DNA of 64,000 bases from NCBI RefSeq assembly GCF_006345805.1, contig NC_043007.1:24056001-24120000 (forward strand). The letters run 5' to 3'. A program made the translations under genes and the position numbers. Positions 1 through 11,645 of the stretch are shown here, piece after piece (the first letter of the stretch is position 1; each line of letters begins with the position of its first letter). This DNA comes from Octopus sinensis. Lineage: Eukaryota. Under the pieces are notes generated by a model that saw nothing but the letters and a program-made list of their open reading frames with translations, made no database searches and was not told the DNA's origin.

Positions 1-1082
1 GGGGGTGGGGCCATACTATAGTTCCCCCTGTTCTGTGAGCCAAAAAGTAAGGGGCGCCACTTCTATGCGTACCTCTCCCATTTCTGTTACTTCTCGTCTG
101 TTAACTGCAATTAGAAATCATTTGGGGTTTTCGGTTGTGTGATGCCAATGGTTACTTTAGGACATGCAGTTTCTCCGCACAGGTAGGGTCTTGTTTTATG
201 CAATGGACAATCTTTAGAGTACGGGGAGGCTCTATCCATTAATCCATCTTCTTTGCCCACCATTCCGGAGAAGGTAGCTAGGGTAGGGTCATAAGGTGCC
301 TCATCCATAGGGTCCTATTAGAAGCAACCGTCATTACACTTTCCAATTAGATACCCAACCCTAACCAACTGAAGACAATGGATATTATCCATCCATCTCG
401 TTCTTGATCTACCTATTGGACCTTTGCCGGTTGGTTCGGCATGAAGGCTCCATCTTGCGATTCTTTCATGCACCTTTCCTATCATATGTCAGTGGGACCA
501 GAGCTATGGCCTCCTGGTGTTGATAAGTGGCGGCTCAACCTGGAGACACTCCCTATCGTCTCCGAACGTCTGTTATCCTTTATCTTTTCTATGTTTCAGT
601 CATTAGACTGCGGTCATGGTGGAGCACAACGTCAAGGAATTTTAGTGGAACGAATCATCTCCAGAACTAATTTTTAAAGCCTGGTGCTTCTTTTATCTGT
701 CTCTTCAGCCGAACCGCTAATGTTACAGGGACGTAAACACAACAACGCCGGTTGTCACGCGGTGAGAAAGGGACAAATGCAGCACAAAGACACACATACA
801 CCCCCACATATATAATTAATTTAAAAAAAAAAAACGGAGAAAAAAAGACAACAGGAAAACCTTGGAGCCCTAGTAATCCGTTACAGCACTTATCTAGCGA
901 ACTAAACTCCCATACTTGTATGTATAAGTGTATGTATTTATTGACAGAAGGCTACAGTATACATAGATTAGAATTTGGCCCTTAGGCCTGTGAGAACCCT
1001 CAGATAACTACCCAGTGTGCCTTTGCCTTTTGAAGACACTACTTAGTTTGTCCTTAACTACTTTTAATGTACACACTGTAAA

Positions 1083-1480
1083 GGCGGCGAGCTGGCAGAA
1101 TCGATAACACGCCGGGCGAAATGCTTGGCGGTATTTCGTCTGCCGTTACGTTCTGAGTTCAAATTCCGCCGAGGTCGACTTTGCCTTTCATCCTTTCGGG
1201 GTCGGTAAATTAAGTGCCAGTTACGCACTGGGGTCGATGTAATCGACTTAATCCCTTTGTCTGTCCTTGTTTGTCCCCTCTATGTTTAGCCCCTTGTGGG
1301 CAATAAAGAAATAAGAATCGTTAGCACGCGGGGCAAAATGCTTAGCAGCATTTCGTCGGTCGTTGTGCTCTGAGTTCAAATTCCACCGGGATTGATAAAA
1401 TAAGTACCCAGTTGGGTCGATGTAATCGACTCCCCGCAACGTCCCTCGAAATTGCTGGCCTTGTGCCAAAATTTGAAACC
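1083..1480 (+). mobile_element. SINE-A followed by a SINE-A' unit with a different tail
   Basis: tRNA-like head GGCGGCGAGCTGGCAGAA (A box) and GAGTTCAAATTCC (B box), core GGTCGACTTTGCCTTTCATCC, tail AAAGAAATA. Confidence 0.85.
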
Positions 1481-1974
1481 AATACACGCACACGTACACA
1501 CACACAAATACACGCGTGCGCATATCCTCTTAAGCTAATGCATCAAAGTTCTTGCTCATTATCTCCCTTGACTAAAAAAAATATCTTCTGACAAATATCT
1601 CTCTGTTCTCTGTTTCTACTACTCTCCACCACCTGATTATTTTTGCTGTTTATTCATACTTTTTGTTTCAAAAACCCTTTGGTTAATTTCAACAGAGTTT
1701 GCTTTGAACTCTATAGCAATGGCAATCATTTGAATCAACCCACCTGTTCCTTTCCTGACCATGTCTTTCTTTAAAATGTTCGGGCAGGTCATCAGTTACG
1801 TGAGTCTTGCTATAGTCTTGGAGGAAGGTCTTACCAAGGTCATAAACACCGCCTCATTCCCATATCATTTATTAATTAAAGAAATAAAAGAAAAAATGAC
1901 ACATTTTGAAATGTCCCACTTAAAAGTCATTTGAACAATGCCAGGCTCATCGTATTTGAATTCAGAAATCGGTC

Positions 1975-2178
1975 ATGCATGTGTGTGTGCGTGTGTGTGC
2001 GTACGTGTGCATGCGAGTGTACGTGCGTGCGTGTAAGTTTGTAAAAGTATATGTATAAGTGTATGTATGAAGCTAAGTTCGTGTGTGTTTGTGTGTGTGT
2101 AAGCATATGAATGTTGTTTACACTGCCGCTTGAATGAAGTATCTAATAAGAGAGTGAGGATGGGAAAGAAGCAACAAA

Positions 2179-2213
<35 letters not shown>

Positions 2214-2235
2214 AGACAGAGACAAACAGAGAGAC

Positions 2236-2270
<35 letters not shown>

Positions 2271-3150
2271 GACAAATAGAGAGAGAGAGACAGAGAGACA
2301 GACAGACAGACAGACAGAGACAAATAGAGAGAGAGAGACAGAGAGACAGAGAGAGACAGAGACAGAGACAAATAGAGAGAGAGAGAGAGAGAGGTAGACA
2401 GAGACAAACAGAGAGAGAGAGTGAGGGAAAGAGAGAACAGCTGCTGTCAGGGGTGAGAGGAGGAGGGAGGGAGGAGAAAGGGATCTGTTCATTCTCAGTC
2501 ACAGATTTTCAAATTTAATTTTTTTAAACTAAACAGTTTGAAACTTCGGATACGAACAACCTGTTGTTTATCATTCATTTCGAAAGAATAATGCAAAGTC
2601 CGAGATCTATTTAATCCCAGTCACAGATTAATTTAAAAAATTTTTTAACTAAACATTTTGACTGAGATTGAATAGATCCGGTTGTTCTTATTCTTGTTGC
2701 TCTTCTTTTGTGGTGGTGGTGGTGGTGGTGGTGGTGGGGATTATGGTGGTGGTGATTGTAGTGATGAGGAGTGATAGCAGTGATGGCAGCAGAGACAGTG
2801 GTAGTGGTGGTGGTGGTGGTGGCAGCTGTGGTAATAGGCTTTTGGAAAGAGCTACAGTAAGAGGAGGATGAGTACATAGAGGAATGAGAGAAGAGAAAGA
2901 GAGAGAGAGAGAGGGAAATAGAGATAGAGAGATAAAGAAAGAGGGAGAGACAGAGGGAAATAGAGATAAAGAGAGAAAGAAAGAGAGAGAGAGAGGGAAA
3001 TAGAGATAGAGAGAGAAAAACAGAGAGGACACGGGGAAAGAGAAAGACTAAAAAACTAAAATAAGGAAGGGAAGGAGTGGAAGAGAGAATGAAAGTAAAA
3101 GAAAGAGAGACAGTGAAAGAGAAAGAAAGAGAGAAAGAGAGAGGAACAGA
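1975..3150. repeat. Compound microsatellite block: (TG)n, (GA)n/(GACA)n, (GGT)n and GA-rich
   Basis: Direct reading. Confidence 0.95.
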
Positions 3151-3284
3151 AAAATGTTGATAGCATAAAAGATGGAGATAATAAACAGATAATAAACGAA
3201 ATGAAATGAATTAAGAGGAATCATTCCAATCAATGGACCAACGATGTGAACTACAATAGTTAACCCTTTAGCATTCAGATTACG

Positions 3285-3845
3285 TCTGCCGTTACGTTCT
3301 GAGTTCAAATTCCGCCGAGGTCGACTTTGCCTTTCATCCTTTCGGAGTCGATTAAATAAGTACCAGTTACGCACTGGGGTCGATGTAATCGACTTAATCC
3401 GTTTGTCTGTCCTTGGTTGTCCCCTCTGTGTTTAGCCCCTTGTGGGTAGTAAAGAAATAGGTATTTCGTCTGCCGTTACGTTCTGAGTTCAAATTCCGCC
3501 AAGGTCGTCTTTGCCTTTTATCCTTTCGGGGTTGATTAAATAAGTACCAGTTTCGCACTGGGGTCAATATAATTGACTTAATCCGTTTGTCTGTCCTTGT
3601 TTGTCCCCTCTATGTGTAGCCTCTTGTGGGCAATAAAGGAATAAAAAAAAACGTTAGTATGCCGGGCGAAATGCTCAGCAGTATATCGTCTGTCTTTATG
3701 TTCTGAGTTCAAATTCCGCCGAGGTCGACTTTGCCTTTCATCTTTCGGGGTCGATAAATTAAGTACCATTTGCGTACTGGGATCAATCTAATCGACTGGC
3801 CCACTCCCCCAAAATTTCGGGCCTTGTGCCTAGAGTAGAAAAGAA
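3285..3845 (+). mobile_element. SINE-A tandem array (2 A units plus an A' unit)
   Basis: Repeated core, junction aaagaaatag|gtatttcgtc at 3460/3461. Confidence 0.85.
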
Positions 3846-4618
3846 TAAAGCAAGAGATAAAAGATAAAAAGATTAATTTCTGAGTGTATGTCTGTATATT
3901 TAGAAGAAGGAAAGTTTTATTTGTCTGCAGGCAAGGACCAATGTGATTCTCTGAGGGATGAGAGGGAGATATAGTCAAGCAGAGACAGACAATCAGAAAG
4001 AGGGAGGCAGAGAAAGAGCGGGGTAAAGAGACTGGTTCAACAAGTTAGACCAGTATTTCTCTTCAGAAGTGAACTGTCAGGATTGAAAAGATAAATTGCA
4101 ATGTAAAATGAAAGTGCTTTTCGCCATTTTTTAAACATGTCTAACATGTCTATGACGAAAAAAGAATTATACAGATGCAGGTTCTGTTTGGTCTTAATTA
4201 TTGAGAGGTACACGTGTCCCACCACCGCTACCATAAAATGAGAAGAAGAAATAAAATTCATTTATAGGTGGCTGTGTGGTAAGAAGTTTGCTTCCCAACC
4301 ATACGGTTTTGGGTTCAGTTCCATAGCGTGGCACCTTGGGCAAATGTCTTCTACTATAGACTCGCGGCGACTAAAGCCTTGTTAGTGTATTTCATAAATA
4401 GAAACTGAAAGAAGCCCGTCGTATATATATATACATACATATATATATATGTATGTATATTAGAAGGTTTGGAGATGATGTACAGGTATTATCTATTAGA
4501 AGAAATGAGGTACTCAGAAATCTGGATGGTTTTATATTTACAGATATTTACTAATATGTCACATGTTTTTATAAATCATATATCAGCGCTTGCGTCCACT
4601 CTAGTGGAGTCTTCAGAA

Positions 4619-4660
4619 TCTGAAGAGTCCACTAAAGTGGACGCAAGCGCTAATATATAT
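4619..4660 (+). ncRNA. Minimal type-I hammerhead-ribozyme-like motif (variant core), one arm of an 81-bp palindrome
   Basis: CTGAAGA, stem II GTCCAC-TAAA-GTGGAC, GCAA (canonical GAAA), palindromic stem III AGCGCT, CUA triplet. Stem I is mostly lost at the palindrome centre. Confidence 0.4.
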
Positions 4661-4661
4661 A

Positions 4662-4719
<58 letters not shown>

Positions 4720-6937
4720 TTTTATTTGTTTCAGTCACTTGACTGCGGCCATGCTGGAGCACCGTCTTTAGTCGAACAAATCGGCTCCAGGACTTATTCT
4801 TTGTAAGTCTATCGGTCCCTTTTGCCGAACCGCTAAGTTACGGGACATAAACAAACCAATATGGTGGGGGAACAAACGCACACACACATATATATATATA
4901 TGTACATATATATATCATCAGTAAGACATAAATCCGAAAAAGAAGCACACTCTAAGTTATAAAGCATTATATAATATAAGTATAAAGCCAGATAAGGCCG
5001 TGTGTGAGTGTGTGTGTGTGTTTGTTTGTTCTCGCTTGAAAACCGGTATTGGTGGGTTTACGTCCCTGTAACTTGGGAGTTCGGCAAAAGAGGCCGATAG
5101 AATAAGCACCAGGCTTTAAAAAATAATACTGGGATCGATTCATTCGACTAAGATTGTTCAAGGTGGTGCCCCAGCATGGCCAGAGTCTAATGACTGAAGC
5201 AAGTAAGAGATAAAAGATGAAAGAAGTAGTGGGGGGGGGGGTTAATTCGAAGGCCGTTATGTTTATACTGAAGTGACAGAATACATAAATATTGTTAAAA
5301 GGACCAGAGTATATGGTAGTTTGTGATGTGTGAGGCGTACAAGGAAGAAAGGGAAGATTATAAAGCTGATACTCAAAAGAGAAAAGAATTAAGTTTATTA
5401 AAGCCATATTTTAAATTCACCAAGGATACACGCCAGAATCCAACAAAAGTGGCGAAAATCTATGTCGGTAATAATGGTTTAGCAATAAACGAATGGGATG
5501 TATGGAAAGTTGGATGAATGAGAAAAACAGTCATTCGTTTTCGACTCATCGTCTGTTCATTATTAAAACCCAGTATCGGACGCGACGGTCCGAAGAAAAA
5601 TAACAGCAATATCGGAAAGTTCTGTTCATAGTAGTTATGTGTTTGTTAAGAGAGAAACACGAATATTCCGGTGATAGTGGTGAGTGTACTAGTGACAATA
5701 TGTAGATGGCTCGATTTTCATAGTTCAGCATTTTGATAGATGTATTTGTGGAGACCTTGCTCCAAATAAGAATCTCTTTGCCGATCACGTCGCTGAGCTT
5801 CTGATACAGATCCACTCAGAAATTCAGGAAATGTTTACATATAATTTTGTTGACAAGATGTTTGCTAACACCATTAATCAATCTGACAAATATTCTGATT
5901 GTTTAAACCAAAGTAAAGATCTGCTACAATAATTATAAAAGCCAAAAGAATTTCTATCAGTGAGTTTAATTTGTTATGACGAGTAAAACAGTAAAAAAAG
6001 AAACGTCACCCATCATGAAAATCAAACATATTAATACCAATCTCTTAGCTTATATTTTCCCAAAGGATAAAGGTTATTCACTAAACCTCTGAAACCACGT
6101 AACTTCAACATGATAGTTCTCGACTATAAAATAATCACGTCTTATCTTATTCTGTAGCCTTAAATTAGCCTTGCGAGTATAAGGCTTCCAGTTTATTAAT
6201 ACGTAATTAGTTATGGGGTTTACACAATTTCTTGTGTAATTAACGACATCAAAATTACGACCTGAATCGTTCGGGTTATTATAAGCTTGACACACGTCTG
6301 ACCAAATGTTTACTGAGCGTGTTACTGATTTAGTAAATCTAGTGAGTAAAACGATTTCAGTTAAATGAAATTAACATTGCAATGAGAAGAATACCTAAGT
6401 TCAACGACTGATGTTAATGAAATCTGGTCGTGAAAAAGGGGAGGTAACTCCAAAATTGAATTACACGTGATGAGGTGATTGTTCAGATGCTTTTAGATTG
6501 TTCGGAAAATAATGGCCGATTTTAAAAATAAGCCTATGTTCTTGAGAAACCGAACTCCTACAAAGGTTTAATTATTCAAAATATGACCTCTGAACAGCTT
6601 CGCATTTCTCCCATCGATTAACAAGGTCATTTATGCCTTTTTGATAAAAATCCAACGGATTAAATGCCAAGAAATGCTTGCATTCAGTTTCGACCTCGTT
6701 TTTTTTTTTCTTGTATTATAAAATAAATCAACAAACTGTGATGGAAATGGGTTATTAAGAACTAAGGGCACACTTGTGTGGGAATAGACACAATAAGTCG
6801 TTCCTCTCTGTGATATATGAATGGTATTATTCAATTTTATTTCAAGATTTCTTGCCAATAGAGAAAAAGCCGGTTTCTAATCTAAACCCAAGGCTCCTTC
6901 ATTGGAATTTCAGCAACATCAACAGAGTCTTTTTGCA

Positions 6938-7625
6938 TGTATGTATGTATGTATGTATGTATGTATGTATGTATGTATGTATGTATGTATGCATGTATGC
7001 ATGCATGCATGCATGTATGTATGTATGTATGTATACTCTTTACTCTTTTACTTGTTTCAGTCATTTGACTGCGGCCATGCTGGAGCACCACCTTTAATCG
7101 AGCAACTCGACCCCAGGACTTATTCTTTTGTAAGCCCAGTACTTATTCTATCGGTCTCTTTTGCCGAACCGCTAAGTAACGGGGACATAAACACACCAGC
7201 ATCGGTTGTCAAGCGATGCTAGGGGGACAAACACAGAAACACAAACACACACACACGTATATATATATACATATATACGACGGGCTTCTTTCAGTTTCCG
7301 TCTACCAAATCCACTCACAAGGCTTTGGTCGGCCCGAGGCTATAGTAGAAGACACTTGCCCAAGGTGCCACGCAGTGGGACTGAACCCAGAACCATGTGG
7401 CTGGTAAACAAGCTACTTACCACACAGCGTATGTATGTATGTATGTATGTATGTATGTATGTATGTATGTATGTATGTATGTATGTATGTATGTATGCAT
7501 GCATGTATGTATGTATGTATGTATGTATGTGTGTGTGTGTGTATGCATGTATGTATGTATGTATGTATGTATGTATGTATGTATGTATGTATGTATGTAT
7601 GTATGTATGTATGCCTGTATGTATG
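6938..7625. repeat. (TATG)n microsatellites on both sides of a SINE-B
   Basis: Direct reading (6938-7035 and 7428-7625). Confidence 0.95.
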
Positions 7626-7741
7626 TATGCAGTTTTATGGAGTCAGTGTATGAGCAGATTTGTATGTTTGCTTTATGTATATATTCTCATATATATAGTT
7701 GCGTATATACTTAAATGATAAACTTCTGGGAAGTTTATGTA

Positions 7742-8442
7742 CGAGGTGGTAACAATAGGTTCTGAGACTAATTATGTTCAATAAAAAAATAACTTATTTA
7801 CCTAGGTTTTAATTTAATTTCCTTCGAAATAGTCTCCTTGCGCAGCAATACACTGGTCCGAGCCTTCATCCAATTTTGAAATCTGACCTGGAAATCGTTT
7901 TCCGTACGCGAGTCGAGAACCTTCTACGATTCGCTCCGGATCTCGACAACGGTGTTAAAATGGCGACCTTTGAGCTGCATTTTCATCTTAGGGAAGAGAT
8001 GGAAGTCTGCAGGTGCTAAATCTGGCGAATAGAGCGAATAGGGCTGAAGTGATACCACGTTGTTTTTGGCAAGAAACTCGCGAGAACTCAGTGACAGGGT
8101 GTGGTGTTGTCGCGAGGAATCCAATTCTTTGTGAGCCACAGATCTAGTCGCTTTCGCCGAATGTCCTCCCTCAAACGCTTCAAAACCTCGCAGTGGAACT
8201 CTCGGTTGACGGTCTGGCCCTGGGCGACGAATTCGCGATGCACAATACCGCGGATAAAAATTTTTTTTTTTAAAACATGAACATAGACGCAGGAGTGGCT
8301 GTGTGGTAAGTAGCTTGCTTACCAACCACATGGTTCTGGGTTCGTTCCCACTGCGTGGCACCTTGGGCAAGTGTCTTCTACTCGGGCCGACCAAAGCCTT
8401 CTGAGTGGATTTGGTAGACGGAAACTGAAAGAAGCCCGCCGT

Positions 8443-8531
<89 letters not shown>

Positions 8532-9268
8532 TGTATGTATGTATGTGTGTGTGTGTGTGTGTGTATATATGCTTGAGTGTCTGTGTTTGTCTCCCCAATA
8601 TCGCTTGACAAATGATGCTGGTGTGTTTACGTCCCCCGTAACTTAGCGGTTCGACAAAAGGAAACCGATAGAATAAGTACTAGGCTTACAAAGAATAAGT
8701 CCTGGGGTCGATTTGCTCAACTAAAAGGCGGTGCTCCAGCATGGCCGCAGTCAAATGACTGAAACAAGTAAAAGAGTAAAAGAGTAAAGAGAGTATGCTC
8801 TTGATCGAGCAGCGGCTCTGGGCGTGCCTTCTTCGGTCGTGGAAATTAAGGCTTCTTCCATTGTGACGACTGCTGCTTCGTCTCAGTGTGTCGTACTCGT
8901 AGACCCAACTCTCATCACCGGTGATGACCCTCGACATGAAGAATGGGTCAACAGCGGTACGCTGACGTACACCTTGACAGACTTCGACGCAATGTTCTTT
9001 CTACCCAGTGGTCAGCAGGCGGGGGACAAACTTGGTAGTGTCACGCCACATGTTCAATTCAGACGCTAGGATTGCCTGCACCGACCCATACGACAGATCA
9101 ACAACATCAGCAATGTCGTTGAATGTCCTCCGACGATCCTCATATACAAACTGATGGATTTTCTCCCCATTTCCGGCGGTGACGCTCGTGGCAGGTCTTC
9201 CAGATCGCTTATCGTCTTGCAGGGACTTTTCTTCCATTTTTGAAGTGCCAATGCAACTCGAAAAATTC
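7742..9268 (-). mobile_element. Decayed mariner transposon, interrupted by a SINE-B at 8286-8792
   Basis: Minus-strand fragments DDKRSGRP, KFVPRLLT, ITGDESWVY and YSPDLAPADFHLFPKMK. TIR-like end TA|CGAGGTGGTAACAATAGG at 7740. Confidence 0.9.
8286..8792 (+). mobile_element. SINE-B, full length: tRNA-like head, central (TA)n(TATG)n(TG)n tract, 3' module ending (GAGTAAAA)n
   Basis: Near-identical copies at 7033-7428(-), 23608-23992(-), 28979-29400(+), 34697-35070(-), 48578-49062(-) and 61036-61440(+), plus many partials. Confidence 0.9.
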
Positions 9269-9387
9269 CTTTGGAAACAATTTAGTTTGTATGAGTCCAT
9301 ACCTCATAGAATTCAAGCTGTAATTACTACCAAAGGCGGTCCTATCCCATATTAATGGTGTTTCCATTATTTTGTCCAACCCCTGTA
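9265..9387 (+). mobile_element. Tc1-type transposon 3' end
   Basis: ESIPHRIQAVITTKGGPIPY* followed by the TIR ttttgtccaacccctg|TA. Confidence 0.7.
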
Positions 9388-9701
9388 TATTTAAATGATA
9401 AACTTTTGGAAAGTTTTACAGAATTTTACAGTTCCAGTGATGGATTGGATCTGTAGTCTTCAATTAGCTTTCTCCTTTCTGGTTTTGAGAAGCCTAATTT
9501 CTGAAGATTGTTATTTAGGCAGTGCCCCAATAATTACAGGTATAAACATGGACTTGTAATCTTGATAGAATAGCTGCAGATTTCTCAATAGTTTAGCGTA
9601 GATATTCTATTTTTCCCTGATCTTCAGCTTTATGTTAACAATCGCTGGGCAGATAATTTCCACAACGGTACACAGTTTTTCTTCTCTATCCCAAATAATT
9701 A

Positions 9702-10267
9702 TTGGATTGTTCGGAAAGTTCGTGCCGATTTATAGTAGCTCACCTTTCGGCTTATTTTAGAACATGGCTGAGACCATAAAATAGGATTTGACTACACCTT
9801 CATTTAGAGCACAGTTTAAGCTATCTTTTCGTGGAAGAAGATTTATGTTCCTATAACCTGTGTTAATTCTGTAACCCTTTAAAATGGAAGATAAGAAAGT
9901 TCATTTTCGGCACTTGATGCTTTGGGAACCAGACAAAAATTGCTGCAGCCCGGATGGGATGTGTTACCCCACCCTCCATATTCACCAGATATTGCTCGTT
10001 CGGATTTCCACTTATTCAGGTCTCTGCAGAATAGTCTTAATGGTAAAAATTTCAATTCCTTGGATGACGTAAAAAGATACCTTGATGAATTCTTTGCCAT
10101 GAAACCACCACGATTCTGGGAAGAGGGTATCTTCAAGTTAAAGGAAAGATGGAGATGCATTGTGCAACAAAATGGTTCATACTTGGTTGATTAAAAATAT
10201 AATGGCAAGTATTTATTGACCTTTTTCTTTCCTTTAAAAATCGGCACGAACTTTCCGGACAACCCAA
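9702..10267 (+). mobile_element. Internally deleted mariner (566 bp) with both TIRs and TA TSD
   Basis: TIRs TTGGATTGTTCGGAAAGTTCGTGCCGATTT and AAATCGGCACGAACTTTCCGGACAACCCAA, TA on both sides. N-terminus MEDKKVHFRH joined out of frame to the C-terminus HPPYSPDIARSDFHLFRSL...GSYLVD*. Confidence 0.95.
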
Positions 10268-10305
10268 TATATCAGGTCTGTTGAACTTACATTTTATTGA
10301 AGTTT

Positions 10306-10310
10306 ATGTA

Positions 10311-10343
<33 letters not shown>

Positions 10344-10405
10344 ATGTATGTATGTATGTATGTATGTATGTATGTATGTATGTATGTATGTATGTTGTAT
10401 GTATG

Positions 10406-10444
<39 letters not shown>

Positions 10445-10497
10445 ATGTATGTATGTATGTATGTATGTATGTATGTATGTATGTATGCATGCATGCA
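10306..10497. repeat. (TATG)n/(TG)n microsatellite
   Basis: Direct reading. Confidence 0.95.
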
Positions 10498-11053
10498 TTT
10501 GTATTTCACTTAGGCGAAGCGATAATGACGGCCTGGTGTTAGAACTCAGTCTAAATATTCAGAATAAAGCGTCAGTCGAGCATTGTGTAGTAATGACAAA
10601 AGAAAAAGAAATTATCTCAGAATGCATGAGTGTACTTTTAATACTACATTTTTTATTTGTTTCATCCGATGAAATCTTGCCCACCTGGGGCATCGCCATT
10701 GACATGGATTCCAACTTTATGTCATTTCACTACAACGGTTCTCCCTCCGTGTTTAGTTCTAGTGAATCAGTGACTTCGACAACGTAGCCCTTATTTGTAT
10801 TTCTTGCCCTGATTTAGGTTCATCCCGTGCTTGTTTTGTTTTTTACAACATCTATCTGCACTTCTGGGTTATCTCCTTTTTATATATTTTTGTTTTGCAA
10901 GGAATTGAAAAACTGTGGGCCCTTGAACCCTAAGCTGTTTTAGTATTGGGCCTTTTTTTTATAGACGTGCGTGTGTGTTGTATGTGTGTATCCTCGTGTG
11001 TGTATTCGCTATAAGCAGGCTTTTCATTAATATTTCTTATGCACACTGGGCGT

Positions 11054-11345
11054 GGAGGCGCAATGGCCCAGTGGTTAGGGCAGCGGACTCCCGGTCGGAG
11101 GATCGCGGTTTCTATTCCCAGACCGGAATTTATTGAGCGAAAACACCTAAAAGCTGCACGAGCTCCGGCAGTGGGGGGAGGACCCCTGTTGTACTCTTTC
11201 GCCCCAACATTCTCTCAATCTTTCTTCCTGTTTCTTGAGTAACGCTGCGATGGACTGGCGTCCCATCCAGCTGGGGGGAACACATACGCCACAGAAACTG
11301 GGGAACCGGGCCCACGAGCCTGGTTAGGCATGAAAAAGGGCGCAA
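11054..11345 (+). mobile_element. SINE-D (tRNA-derived; also 37535-37822 -, 50236-50543 -)
   Basis: GGAGGCGCAATGGCCCAGTGGTTAGGGCAGCGGACTC head shared by three copies. Confidence 0.85.
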
Positions 11346-11379
11346 ACACACATACACACACACTGGACTAAATTCAACC

Positions 11380-11645
11380 GTAACTAATTTGCACATCCTC
11401 TGGTAACTCACGGATGGTGATTTGACGACTTCCCCTCACAGCTGCGCGCACATCTGCGATGTTTTACTCAGTTTTGCTGGTTGCGGGTCTCCCAGAACGT
11501 TCGTGACTATTGACATTTTTTCAGCTCTTTTGAAACGTCTGAACGACTCGTACACGTGTATGCGGCTCATACACTCCTCTCCATACACTTTCTGCAACTT
11601 CGCGTAGGCCTCTGAGCAGGTATCGCCATGACAACTTTGTCATGG
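11380..11645 (-). mobile_element. Mariner transposase N-terminal (HTH) fragment
   Basis: Minus translation AYAKLQKVYGEECMSR..FRRFK..RSGRPATS..QITIREL. Confidence 0.8.

Noticed and set aside
111-308. 65-aa minus-strand ORF at the window start
   Set aside because: No recognisable motif or splice support; possibly a retroelement fragment cut by the window edge.
361-400. CTGAAGA followed by the hairpin ATGGAT-ATT-ATCCAT as a hammerhead
   Set aside because: No GAAA box or stem III follows.
1744-1850. Minus-strand exon-like frame ending AG|gtgggt
   Set aside because: No acceptable acceptor (GAG only) and a stop immediately upstream.
1973-3032. Long ORFs such as SLSLSL, TTTT/HHHH and VCMY/HTYI (also at 6.8-7.7, 8.4, 10.3, 26.6, 37.4 and 48.7 kb)
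   Set aside because: Translations of microsatellites, which lack stop codons by construction.
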